Source of the DNA: Welwitschia mirabilis
Taxonomy: Eukaryota
Assembly (NCBI GenBank): GCA_051453625.1
Contig: JBOZIK010000001.1
Span: forward strand, 38,586,724-38,650,723
Length of the DNA stretch: 64,000 nt
Reading direction: 5' to 3'
Of the stretch, positions 51,978-64,000 are shown in pieces. A model generated the notes under the pieces. It had not been told where the DNA came from, ran no database searches, and saw only the letters and a list, made by a program, of their open reading frames with translations. Both the position numbers and the translations under genes were made by a program. Position 1 is the first letter of the stretch. Every line of letters starts with the position of its first letter.

Positions 51978-54900
51978 TGTTGCAGTCTGAATTTATGTAA
52001 TCTTAAAGTCATTTAGGTAAACCTGTGTATCAAATAACTTATAGAAAAACACACGCTAGTATAGATGGAGTTCTTCCAAATGTCATAATTCCAATGAAGT
52101 CACTAGGTGCCAAGTAAGAGAATTGATTTCTAAAGGTATTTTTAGTCTTTTATCTTTTAATAAATAGGAGTAAATAATAACATAAATGTAATGCAATGTA
52201 AATGGATATGAAATGCAAATGGAAATGGAATGACTTCTATTGATTTCTAATTCTCCTATTATAAGAACTAGCTTTCTATAATTGAGATCAATTAAGAAGA
52301 ATACTCAACTTGTTCCTAATCAATATGAACTATGAGATATATCAAGTAGAGTATGGAATGCAATGTACAATGAAATAAAATAATAATGAAAATTTAATAC
52401 TAACTAAAGTTAACCTTGACAAAGGTTGCCCTTATAATCTAGATAAATCACAAAATTATTACTTTAAACTATGATCAATGTAAATCATAAGGGACATACA
52501 TGGCAATTATATTAATTCAAATAGTAACTGCATTAATTAAAGAACTTAACATCCACTTACAACAAAATAGAAACATTTCAATGGAATATACTTAGCCTAA
52601 CACCAAGGAAATTCCTTTCTGTAGCTATTGGATAGACCTCTTATCCTTCAATCTTCTGTCACAAGCATATTAGGTACAAAAGATGGAAACAAAAATAAAA
52701 TAGAAGAAGGTTATTTATAGTTTTACATTGAGGTTCTAGAAACTCAACCTTAGAAATCAAAAAAGAAACTCTAATAGCCCAAATGGGTCACTTGATCCCA
52801 TTATAAAGATAATTCTTTGCGATCATAGAAAATTAGCTGTCATTCTGACTATTGTGGAGATGACACAAGAGATGTCACCCTACATCAATAGCTACTTCAT
52901 CATCTTCATGCCCCATGAACTTCAAACTTACCTATTTGCCAATATAAATGTTGGCCTACCTCTACGCCAGAAATATCTACAAAATTATTAAGTATAGTAA
53001 TAGTATTTTGTCATCCCCACAGCTTTTGTCCATGTTATAGTGTTATTATTGTGTCTGTCATGAGGATGATAGAAGGGACAATAGGCTTCCTTATCTCCAA
53101 TCTTATAGGTAAGTTAGTCTTTTTGTATGATGAGTCCTTCTTCTAAGTATACAATATCAGAATAAGCCTTAGAAACCTCCAAATATGCTAAGAAATCACA
53201 TGTTTCATTGATCACCTTATCAGATCTTTATAATCATCAGTATTGCATCTAAACCTATGTAGATATCCTATAAAAGTACTCAAAATATACCATAAAATTT
53301 CTACAAATTTGCATTGCAATAGTAGTAATAATAAAATACTATCATCTTGTTAATCCTTCCCATGACAAGCTAGACAATATTCTGTTTGTTTAGTTATGGA
53401 AATTTTTTTCTAATTTTAGTTTTCTACTATTTGGATAGTTGTTCCTCTTGTCATCTCCACAACCAGATGGATGACTATTAGTTATTTTTTATTTTGGTTT
53501 TTATTTACTATCTAAACTATATGAGAACATGGTAAATTCTAGTAGAAAGACGAAATATTAGAGAGATTCAAACTGAATTGAAGAAAATATTAGAGAAGGG
53601 TTATTTGACTTTAAGCAAAATTTAGGTACACACACTCTAGGTATACAGATTCTAAGAAGTAAAAAAGAGGATTTTTTTAGTTTTTTTAATTTTAAAATTA
53701 GATTTTAAAAAATAAAATTATAAAAATAATAGTATAGAAGTAGATCATATCATTTCTTTTTCATCTATGTTAAAATGGAAGATCTAAGGTAACACTTACA
53801 GTTGCAGCCTCAGGGTCTTTGAATTTAGGACATTTTTATATGACTAAGTTGGAAAGAGATTGAATAGGAAAAACTTTGCTAGGAATGATACATTTTTGCT
53901 TTCATCTTATAAATCTTTTCATAACTTAGAATATTTAGGATTTCCTTGCAAGAGTTTCCAAAAGGATAGGTTGATGTTAAATTCTTACATCAAAGCTTTT
54001 AGGTGTTCACCAAAGATAGGATTTGTATTTAATCTATTAATCCAAGGGGTGGATGGTTTCTTTCCTTTGTTTTCTTGTAAATTATTTTTAGTGAAGGCCT
54101 TAGTAGGTGATGTTGATGGAAGATTGTATGAATCTAACTTCTCCACATCATCTTCCTCATTTATTTCATTATTTTTAAAAGTTGAAACTTCATAGGATAG
54201 GAGGTTTTGTATCCTTTTCATTTCTTGTCGCTATTTTTAAATCTCTTCTAACTTCAATTAGGTTGGGCATTAGTTGAGATGCAAAAGACCCTTGTAATCT
54301 TTGGTTAGCAAGCATTATTTGTTAAAGCACATTTACTAGGTTCTCAATGTTGCTACTAGTTTTCTCCTGTACTTTTCTCATCTCTTCTATGGATTCTTTG
54401 AGTGAATCATTTTGATTTTGTTGAAAATTATGTTGAAAATTGGAATTCCTGAAGCTACTTTCAAATGGTTTCAAATGAGATTATCCAACTAATCTTTGTT
54501 GAAATTATGTTTGACTTTTAAAATTAGGTGTCTTTTGATTGAAGGCATAAACTTCCTCAAACATTTTTTCCTTACAAGTTGGTAATAAAGGACATTCTTT
54601 TATTGGATGAGAGTCGTCTTCACAAATTTTACAAGTTAAAGTTGAGTGTTTTTTATTTACCACCTTTTTATCAACTATCATTTGTATATACTTCTTTAAA
54701 GTAGTAGTAAAATATTTCATTAAATTGGTTGAGTCCTCTCTTTCTTCTTATTTGTCATGTTTTACTTCCTTTAAGTCTTTTAGAATTTGACCGACTGTGT
54801 AATTTTTTTTAGTGGGTTTAGGCCAAGTTTGGCTTATTTTTGCCAAATTTTCTAACACACTACATGCATCATTTAGGATTAAATTTAACAAGTTGCCTCC

Positions 54901-57900
54901 ACAAAAAAAACTCAATAGTTATTTTATTGAAGCATTCAATTCACTGTAAAAATAATCTACAAGCTCTTCTTTATAAAATTCATTAATAGTGTTGAAATGA
55001 CTAGCGATTATAAAAATTTCATACACTATTACATAATATCCATGAGGTTGTTATTTGAAGTTGGTTACTTCTTTTCTTCTCTTCCTCATGAAATTCTCAC
55101 TCAAAAATCATTTAATAAACACTTCTTGCACTTGACTCTAAGATTTAAGACTTTTATATGGGATAGTTTTAAGTCAAACTTTTTCTCTTCTTCTAAGTAT
55201 GACTGGAAAAATAATCATATCAGTTCAATCAATAATATGTTTCTTCCCATTTCCCTAGGTAAGTACAAGTTGTTCAATGTTAGCCAAATGTTAAAAAGGA
55301 TCATCCTCTGGTTCCCTCAAAAAAGTTGGATAAGCACTTAAATTTCTTAATTCTACATCATCTCTAGAAGGTAAATCTAAAGGATTTTGAATTTCATGTT
55401 TTCTATTTGTAATTAAATCCCTAAGAGTAACATTTGCATTGAATGACTAAGTTCCTATTATGATTGGAGTATTATACAAAGTAACTTGCTTTTGATTTTG
55501 CAATGATTTCGATATGTTTGACATGTTCAAAGAAACAATACGATATACTTCTATGCTATGATTTATTTTTGTAAAATCTAATTCTAAAACAATAAAAGCA
55601 AAAAAATCTTCTATGTAATTCTAAAAATTTGCATCTTGGGATGTGTGTATCTAGATTTAGCTTAAAGTTGAATAATCTTTCTCTGATGTTTTCTTTAATT
55701 AAGTTCCATTCTCTCTGATATTTTATCTTTTTACCAGATTTCACTATATCCTTGTATGCTCAATCAACAGATAAAAAACCAAAATAAAAAATAATAGATC
55801 ATTGTCCATCTATTTGTGGGAATGATAGGAAAGACAATGATCGTAGTAAAAGAAATCTGAAATTATAAAAATTCACTAACAGAAGAAAACGAAACTATCA
55901 TTTAGATTATTATGGAGACAACAGACAAAATGATGATTTATTTGAACTTTTCAGAAAATAAAATTCCAAAAAGTATAAAAAAAATAACAAGACTGTCATC
56001 CTACTTATTGTGGGGATGATAGAGCCAATGACAGTTTTATATCTGAAAACAAAAAAGCAAAATATGAAAATAATAAAAAAGCTAAATTCAAATTCAAGAC
56101 TATTGTACCCTATGTCGTTAGGACGACAGAGAGAATGACAAGGTTTCTAAGAAAACTTGCGGAAAATAAAATTACATGGAAATAAACTTACTTTATACTA
56201 TACTAAAAGTACAATATTAATTCAAATAGATAACTTGAAAAAAAATTCAAGGTACTTATTGGATTAATGAAAATTCTCTTAGCTCCTTACGACCTTCCCC
56301 GATAATGGTATTAAAATGTTGCAGTGTGAATTTATGCAATTTTGAAATCCTTTAGGTAAACCTGTAAATCAAATAACTTACAGAAAACACATACTAGTAT
56401 AGATGGGAGTTCACCCAAATGTCATAATCCTAATGAAGGAACTAGGCTCAGATTTAGAGAATTAATTTCTAAAAGTATTTTTAGTCTTTTTATATTTTAA
56501 TGACTGAAAGTAAATAACAATGTAAAAGCCATGCAAAATGAATGGAGACGAAACACAGTGAATGAAAATGAAAATGTAATGGATTCTACTTAGATGTAAG
56601 TCTTTCTATCACAAGGACTATCTTTTTATAATTTAGATCAATTAAGAAGAGCATTCAACTAGTTCTTAACCAATATAAACTATGAGATCTACCAGGTAGA
56701 ATAATGAACGCAATAGGAAATGGAATGGAAAAGCAATGCAAATCTAATACTAAATAAGGTCAACCTTATCAAAGATTTCCCTTATGATCTATATAAGTCA
56801 TAGAGTGGTCACAATAAACTATGATCAATAAACCATAAGGGACATATAAAATGAAAATGAAATAATAATTATATTAATTCAAAAGAGTATTCAGGAATAT
56901 TACATCCATTATAAACAGAATAACAGCATCTTGATGGAAGAGNNNNNNNNNNNNNNNNNNNNNNNNNNNNNNNNNNNNNNNNNNNNNNNNNNNNNNNNNN
57001 NNNNNNNNNNNNNNNNNNNNNNNNNNNNNNNNNNNNNNNNNNNNNNNNNNNNNNNNNNNNNNNNNNNNNNNNNNNNNNNNNNNNNNNNNNNNNNNNNNNN
57101 NNNNNNNNNNNNNNNNNNNNNNNNNNNNNNNNNNNNNNNNNNNNNNNNNNNNNNNNNNNNNNNNNNNNNNNNNNNNNNNNNNNNNNNNNNNNNNNNNNNN
57201 NNNNNNNNNNNNNNNNNNNNNNNNNNNNNNNNNNNNNNNNNNNNNNNNNNNNNNNNNNNNNNNNNNNNNNNNNNNNNNNNNNNNNNNNNNNNNNNNNNNN
57301 NNNNNNNNNNNNNNNNNNNNNNNNNNNNNNNNNNNNNNNNNNNNNNNNNNNNNNNNNNNNNNNNNNNNNNNNNNNNNNNNNNNNNNNNNNNNNNNNNNNN
57401 NNNNNNNNNNNNNNNNNNNNNNNNNNNNNNNNNNNNNNNNNNNNNNNNNNNNNNNNNNNNNNNNNNNNNNNNNNNNNNNNNNNNNNNNNNNNNNNNNNNN
57501 NNNNNNNNNNNNNNNNNNNNNNNNNNNNNNNNNNNNNNNNNNNNNNNNNNNNNNNNNNNNNNNNNNNNNNNNNNNNNNNNNNNNNNNNNNNNNNNNNNNN
57601 NNNNNNNNNNNNNNNNNNNNNNNNNNNNNNNNNNNNNNNNNNNNNNNNNNNNNNNNNNNNNNNNNNNNNNNNNNNNNNNNNNNNNNNNNNNNNNNNNNNN
57701 NNNNNNNNNNNNNNNNNNNNNNNNNNNNNNNNNNNNNNNNNNNNNNNNNNNNNNNNNNNNNNNNNNNNNNNNNNNNNNNNNNNNNNNNNNNNNNNNNNNN
57801 NNNNNNNNNNNNNNNNNNNNNNNNNNNNNNNNNNNNNNNNNNNNNNNNNNNNNNNNNNNNNNNNNNGAAATGAAGGAGGAAAAAGGTATTTATGGTTTTG

Positions 57901-58392
57901 TATTAAGGTTCTAGAAATAAAATCCTAAAAGTTAAAAAAGAAACCCTAACAGCCCACATGGGTTATTTGACCCCATTACAAAGATATTTCTTTTTGACTA
58001 TACAAAAATAGCTGTCATTCTGATTGTCATTAGGATAACATGGGGGATGTCACCCTACATCAAATATCTTCATGCCCCATTGTTAGCCCCACAGCTTCTA
58101 TCCATGTTAGTAGTGTTGTCATCCTACATGTTATGGGGATGACATAGGAGATGATAATCTTTCTTATATCCAATCTCAAAGGTAAATTAGTCTTTTGGAT
58201 TATGAAGTCTTCTTCCAAATATGAAATGTCAGAATAAGCCCGAGAAAATGCCAAAGATGCTAAGAATTACATGTTTTATTGATCATTCTGTCAGATCTTC
58301 ATAGTTATTAGTATTACATCAAAACCTATGTAAATGTCCTGAAAAAGCACTCAAAATACACTATCAAATTCCTATAAATTGGCATCACAATA
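51978..58392 (-). mobile_element. Two-LTR Athila-like element with gag only (pol absent)
   Basis: LTRs 51978-~53321 and 56317-~58392, both starting TGTTGCAGT on +. Decayed PBS rc TCCCCGATAATGGTATTA at 56296-56313. Internal ~3 kb has gag (CKICEDDSHPIKEC) ending at KFKDP (~53820) with no protease/RT/integrase. Confidence 0.85.
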
Positions 58393-61300
58393 GGTAATCA
58401 AAAGTGATTAATGAAATAGATGCCTCTTTAATGTGATTCACTTTTAGATATAAGGGTCATATCTTTGGTAGAGATGTGATCAATTTCTAGATTGTGATTA
58501 AGACTTAAAATTGAAAAAAATATTTCACTTAATCATCTCATGATTTTAGATTTCTTATGTAAAAATTAATTGCATTCTCATAACAATTTTAGGAAAAATT
58601 AATTCAATTTTTGTTTATATATGCAATCATCACTTAACATTCTTTTGGGGTTCACTCGATTAATTTTTAATACTATTGTGGATTGGATACACTATTTGAA
58701 TCATAAATGTGAGAAATATCCTCTTGAATTATCTATACCTCTCTATTATAGTTTTATTACTTTTTGAACATCTTTTTGTGTCAGAATGATTTGGATAGAT
58801 CATTTGAATTATGAATGTAGTTAAGATTCCTTTCAAATTCATTGTACCATTTAAGTCTTTTTTTTTTCATCTCAATTTAACAAGTTTTCTTTGTATGATA
58901 AATAGATCCTTTTTTACTTATGAATGTGAGCAAGATCCCCTCAAAAGTTGACTATGCCTTATAACTTATCGTTTTCTCCTCCTTGTCTCTTACTAGTGAA
59001 AATCTCAAAAGGTAAGTTTTATGTATTATTAGATTACCTTACACTAGTATTTATGACTAAAATCATGGCCAACATATGTATCACCCTTTAAGATGATCAT
59101 ACTTGAAAAGATTAACATGAAGATTTCATATCCAACATGTCAATATATTATTTTGACACTAATTTTTTTTGAGAAAGTACATTTTTTTTAATACTTATGA
59201 TGAATAAAATGCATGAAAGTCCATAAATAATAAATTGATAGAAATCACATAAAATCTATGGCTTTATAGCATATTAAGTTGGTAGATCATAGTAAGATAA
59301 ATCACACCAACTTTATTACATTATGGAATATAGTCTACTTAAATAATAACTTAGACTTAATTAATCTCATTAAAAGTATGAATATCTTATATTATTAGAA
59401 AGGAAAGAATAATAATTAATTACAAAAATGATCAATATTAAAAAATGGTTGCTAAAATATACCTTAAAATCAAATTGATATATGTTACATCAACTTGATT
59501 AGATGTTATTTGGAGGATCCAACTCTATGTAGCTAAGTTATATCACTACATGATAGTAGGCAACTAAAATAAATAATTTTTAATATGCTTAGCAAAGATA
59601 TTATTACTACCAAAGAATAATTTGACTTTTTTGATACCTCCTCCTTTATTGTCGAATACAACATATTACATCCTCATAACAGATCTCATCTGAATGATCA
59701 TGATTTGATAAAACATCCTCCTAATGTCAAATATCATAACAAGAGTAGGTCTTTCCAAAATGAATAATCAGCTCCATTTGCTGAATGCCATTAGTCTTAG
59801 TTGAAGTAAAAACTACTTTAAAAGAATTCTTCTTTTAAAAAGAGTAAATTAAATGTTCATATTATAAAAGATAAGGTTATGTTACTAGTTATTGTTAGAT
59901 ACCTGGGAATAAAATTAAAGCTACTCCTAAGTTATGTATAACTAGAAACATACCTCATGACAAATCTTAGATTCTAGATACAAGTGTAATTAGGCATATA
60001 ATGTGTAGGTGTAACTACTTTAATGATTCCATGACACAACTACCTAATTTTAATTGGTTAACAAAAGTTTAAGTCATGTAGAAGGTCATGATTTAATTAG
60101 CTTTAAATTGTATTTTCTCTCTCATGGAATGATCTTTTATGTTTTGTATGTTTCTTATTTGAGGTCGCATCTTTTCTTACTTTCAACACTAGTTTAAGAA
60201 AATCATTTAATTTCGATGAAAAGGTATTCTATCAATATTTTTTATAAATACATTAAGAGGAATATTTTTAAACATCTTTTTAAAAATGGAAAAGGGGATT
60301 ATTTGGGAATTTATATTATATTAAATGGGTAGACTTTTAAAGAAGGAAGCATGAGAATTAAAACAGCATAATAACCCATCATTATTTATAAAACCCCTGT
60401 AACATCTACAAGAAAATTCATAAAGAAGATCCTAAGCAGGTCAAGGCTCCATCAAGAGAAAAAAGTAAAAGAAAAGATACCTTAACTAAAAGTGAAGACC
60501 TAAGACCTTGCCCTATGAGAAGAACAAAGAAAGATGCTAACTTAATTGGGATAAGAAAAGAAGTCAGTCCAATTGATTAAGAAAATGAAAAAACTAGATT
60601 TGAAGGAAGACCAACCTTTTACCATTAAAAAAAATAGCTTGGAAATAGGAGATATATTCTTGCATGTATATATTAAGGGGCTAACAAATGGATGAGGAAA
60701 ATTGATGAATCCAAAATATGATGTATCTTTGTATTTAATATTAACTTGTTTTAATTATAAAGTTATAATTATCATTTAACTTAATTATAAATTTTTATGT
60801 TAGTAGGTTAGTGGTTAATTGCTAAGCATAAATTATATTAATCAATGTTGTAGTTACAATTATTACTTAACATGAAGATAAAAATAGAATGAAAAAAATA
60901 AAATTTAGAAAAACCTAATAAATGTAGCTAACTTTGAGAAGAAAGAAAAGGAACTAATTACTAAAAGAAATGTATTGGGATATAAATAATGGAGACTAGA
61001 TTTATAAGACATATTTAGGCAAGTAAAAAGACCAGGAATGGTGCTTTGCATGAGATTCGCTGAGGTAGTCCATAGAACGTCCAATGCTCCTTGCGAAGGA
61101 AAAACATGCATTAACCCAAGATTTAATGATTTATGTTTAAAAAAATATTATATAATCAATTGATTTAATATAATAAATGCATAATGTTTAATGCTAAGTG
61201 TTATACTTGTGTAGCAACATTTCATGTTAATGAAAAATTTAAAAGTTATTATTTATGTTGTCTTTATTATCACATTAGTTAAAAAAGTATTGTTTTATCT

Positions 61301-64000
61301 ATTTTTCCTATAGTATGTGCTACTAAACATATGTTGAGATATTTTTAATGTTTAAAAATAAGTGCTATTTTATCATTTTAATTTAATTGCATGAATGAAC
61401 TTACATTTTCCTCCTTAAAAACATGTATATTTTGTATATAATAACAATGAGTTAGCCTTAAAAGTATTCAAGTTTTTCTTTATCAAGATTTTATCTTGGT
61501 AATGAAATTTGAATTAAGTTGGTTGAAGATTTAATCATCTTAGCTAGTTCCATAGTAACTGAATGAATTAAACATCAATTTTTAAAATGATGATATCATG
61601 CTTCGAGCATTCATGGATTTATTTGGATGCTTAACATAATAATTTAACTCGACATAAGGAAATCAAACATACATAATTTATAATAAAGCATAGATAAATC
61701 TCCTAGATTAAATTGCATATATAGTAGAAGTATATAGTGTCAAATTGATGGATCACTCTCACATAAACTATTTTGCAAATATTATATATTACTTTATCAA
61801 ACTATTACTTTATATGATAAAATAACTATCTCTAAGTGAGTTTCATGTAAATATCACACGACAAAAATTAAATATTAAGTAGTACATGTGTAAAAAGAAT
61901 AAAATTCAGAAGATGTGAAAATATGTTAAATAAAAAGTAAATCAACTTTTGTAAACATTCACTATTAATTTAATGACCATTTATAACTCAATGAATGATT
62001 TAGAACGTTCAAATAGTTATAACTACTTAAGTAATTATTAAGTAAAAATAAATTTCCATGAAAACTTATTATCTAAGATAATGCAAAATGGATGGATATG
62101 ATAATTCAAACATACTATTCCATTTTATACTAATAGTTCAACAACTTATAATCACAACATAACATTTTGAAAATAGGATTCTTCAAACTAACAATGTAAA
62201 ATGAATGACTTTAATAATATTTTCACTAAATATTCATACATTTTACTTGGACAATAACTCTTAATTAAGCCTAAATTAAGTCATAAAAGAAATGTAACAT
62301 CTAAATTAGCTATGAATTAATAATAAGTAATGGAAAAAAACACATCAAAGTGTATGTAATCAAAGTAAAACTTAGTCAGTTTCATGATATTTTAACTGAA
62401 AGAAACATAGGAAAGAAATGGAACAAAGAGAAAAGAAAGATAATAAACTCCAAAAAGGAAACTTATATCTTTCCACAACTCTTAAAATACTTATAATATG
62501 TTTTAAAACAAGTTTTTAAAACTAAATATTTAAGATTAAATAAAACTGATTAAAACAAATAAGATACAAACTCACTAGAAAATTCTGCCAAAACTTACAA
62601 TTAGCCCTACTTTAACCTAAAATATTAAGAGATGTATCAAACTTATAAGAAAATGGATTTCATATTTTGAAAGTACTCAAATTATACTATAACACAATAT
62701 CTTAAACATTTTGAAAACATGTCAATATTAATGGAAAATTTTAATAAGAAAAAATAGGAAAATTAAGATCTCATAGTATAAAAAACTTTCTAAGTAAAAT
62801 TGCAACTTTGGTATAAATGGTTAAAAATGGAATTTTGAAGGATAAATTGGGGTTTAAACTCATAATACATAAAAGTTTATAAATCATGATAGGAATCTAC
62901 TAATAAAATGTTAGAGAAATTGGAGTTGTAAAGAAAGTGACACAGTCAAATAAGCACTAAAATTAACTAGTTCTACCTCAGTTTGAGACAATAGCAAGAG
63001 ACAAAAGTGCTAATGTGATAATCAAAAATTTCAATTTCAAAATTTAGTATATCAAATATTTCCATGATAAATTTAAGTTATAGGAAAGTAGAAAAGAGAA
63101 ATTCATCATCCATTACTTATGAAGAAAGATGTAATCTTGAGAAACTGTACTAGAAGTAATAAGAAGAATAGATGAAAGAAGAGAGAAAATAAATATAAAA
63201 CATGATTTATTTGACAAAACGTTACCAACCATGAAAAATTAGCCAATTGTATGATAGGAACTAAATTTTCTACAATTCTGTTAGTGCTAAATATGTAACA
63301 TGCTCTATGAAGTCTAATTGAATTGAAAGAAATATATGATATAAATGCACAAATCAAGTAAACATAAGAATAGAAAACATCAATAAAAATAACAATTATT
63401 AGTTTCAAATGCAATCACAACCATTTCCATTAATCTTCAATCCATATTCTTGCAAGATCTGATGCCTTATTCCCATCTTACATCACCCATTCACATGCAC
63501 TTTAGCATCCTTATAATGCTCTCTAGATGGATGAAATTGGAGAAAAGGATACGGAAAATGATTTTAAGAGGACATGGGAAGCTAAAAATGGATATACATG
63601 TTAGCAGTGGATGGAAATAAAGAATAGAGTACACTTCCAAAGTTGATATAGAGAGAAGATTAGCATGGAAGTAGATAAATAAGAGATAGAATGTAGATAA
63701 AAGTTCCTTTCAATGCTTGAAAGTCAAATTTAAAGCATGTACTTGGCTTATGATGTAACTTGATGTATAGTTTGGAATTAAGAAGGGTCTTTATAAATGC
63801 ACTATGTTTAGTTTTAGGTGAAGAGTTTGTCATGACTTACACTTTTTACCATGTGATTTACATTAAGAAATTGTTAATAGTTACATGATGCTAGAGTGCT
63901 AATTTGTATTAGGAAATGGGACTATAATACCATAATAGTTACACTAGGAAGCATAAAAATATAAAATTACAAATTAATACAATTTTAATTATTTTAACTA

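Noticed and set aside
6578-57914. Long ORFs in the track made of X (e.g. 6578-7234, 25474-26235, 48076-48865, 56931-57914)
   Set aside because: They are artefacts of N gaps.
59400-60700. Faint LINE (RYLGIKL) and Mutator SWIM-like motifs
   Set aside because: Motifs are isolated, conflicting and too degraded to call.
60700-64000. Short ORFs and AT-rich sequence, possibly LTR-derived
   Set aside because: No termini, PBS/PPT or protein motif could be established.
1-64000. Fungal RIP as the cause of C>T bias, and a species assignment
   Set aside because: The elements and gene fragments are plant-type and the bias fits CG/CHG methylation decay. The species cannot be determined from sequence alone.

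Overview
This is AT-rich, heavily deaminated (CG/CHG-depleted) plant genomic DNA with many N gaps. It contains no intact host gene and is a nest of decayed transposons. The insertion order can be read from termini and target-site duplications (TSDs). An Athila-type Ty3/gypsy pol (from ~11350, resuming at 47459) is split inside its integrase by a Sirevirus-type Ty1/copia element (13692-47453). A second, internally deleted Sirevirus (15347-22336) sits in the gag of that element. Its 3' LTR is split by an 18.3-kb CACTA-bounded unit (28061-46406, TSD TGT/TGT). That unit is the most notable feature. It has no recognisable CACTA transposase and holds three overlapping, differently aged copies of a 'Pack-CACTA' cargo. 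The cargo consists of host gene fragments: cytochrome b5 exon 1, an ALY/THO4 RRM end, choline-phosphate cytidylyltransferase, the last two exons of farnesol/phytol kinase with their intron, a PORR domain, a probable TRM/LONGIFOLIA-like 5' region and unidentified exons. Tekay, copia and Mutator debris lies between the copies. Two Athila-like gag elements on the minus strand (1-5000; 51978-58392) and further copia/LINE/Tekay relics flank the nest. Protein family calls come from my recall of motifs, not from database searches, and N gaps leave some joins uncertain.
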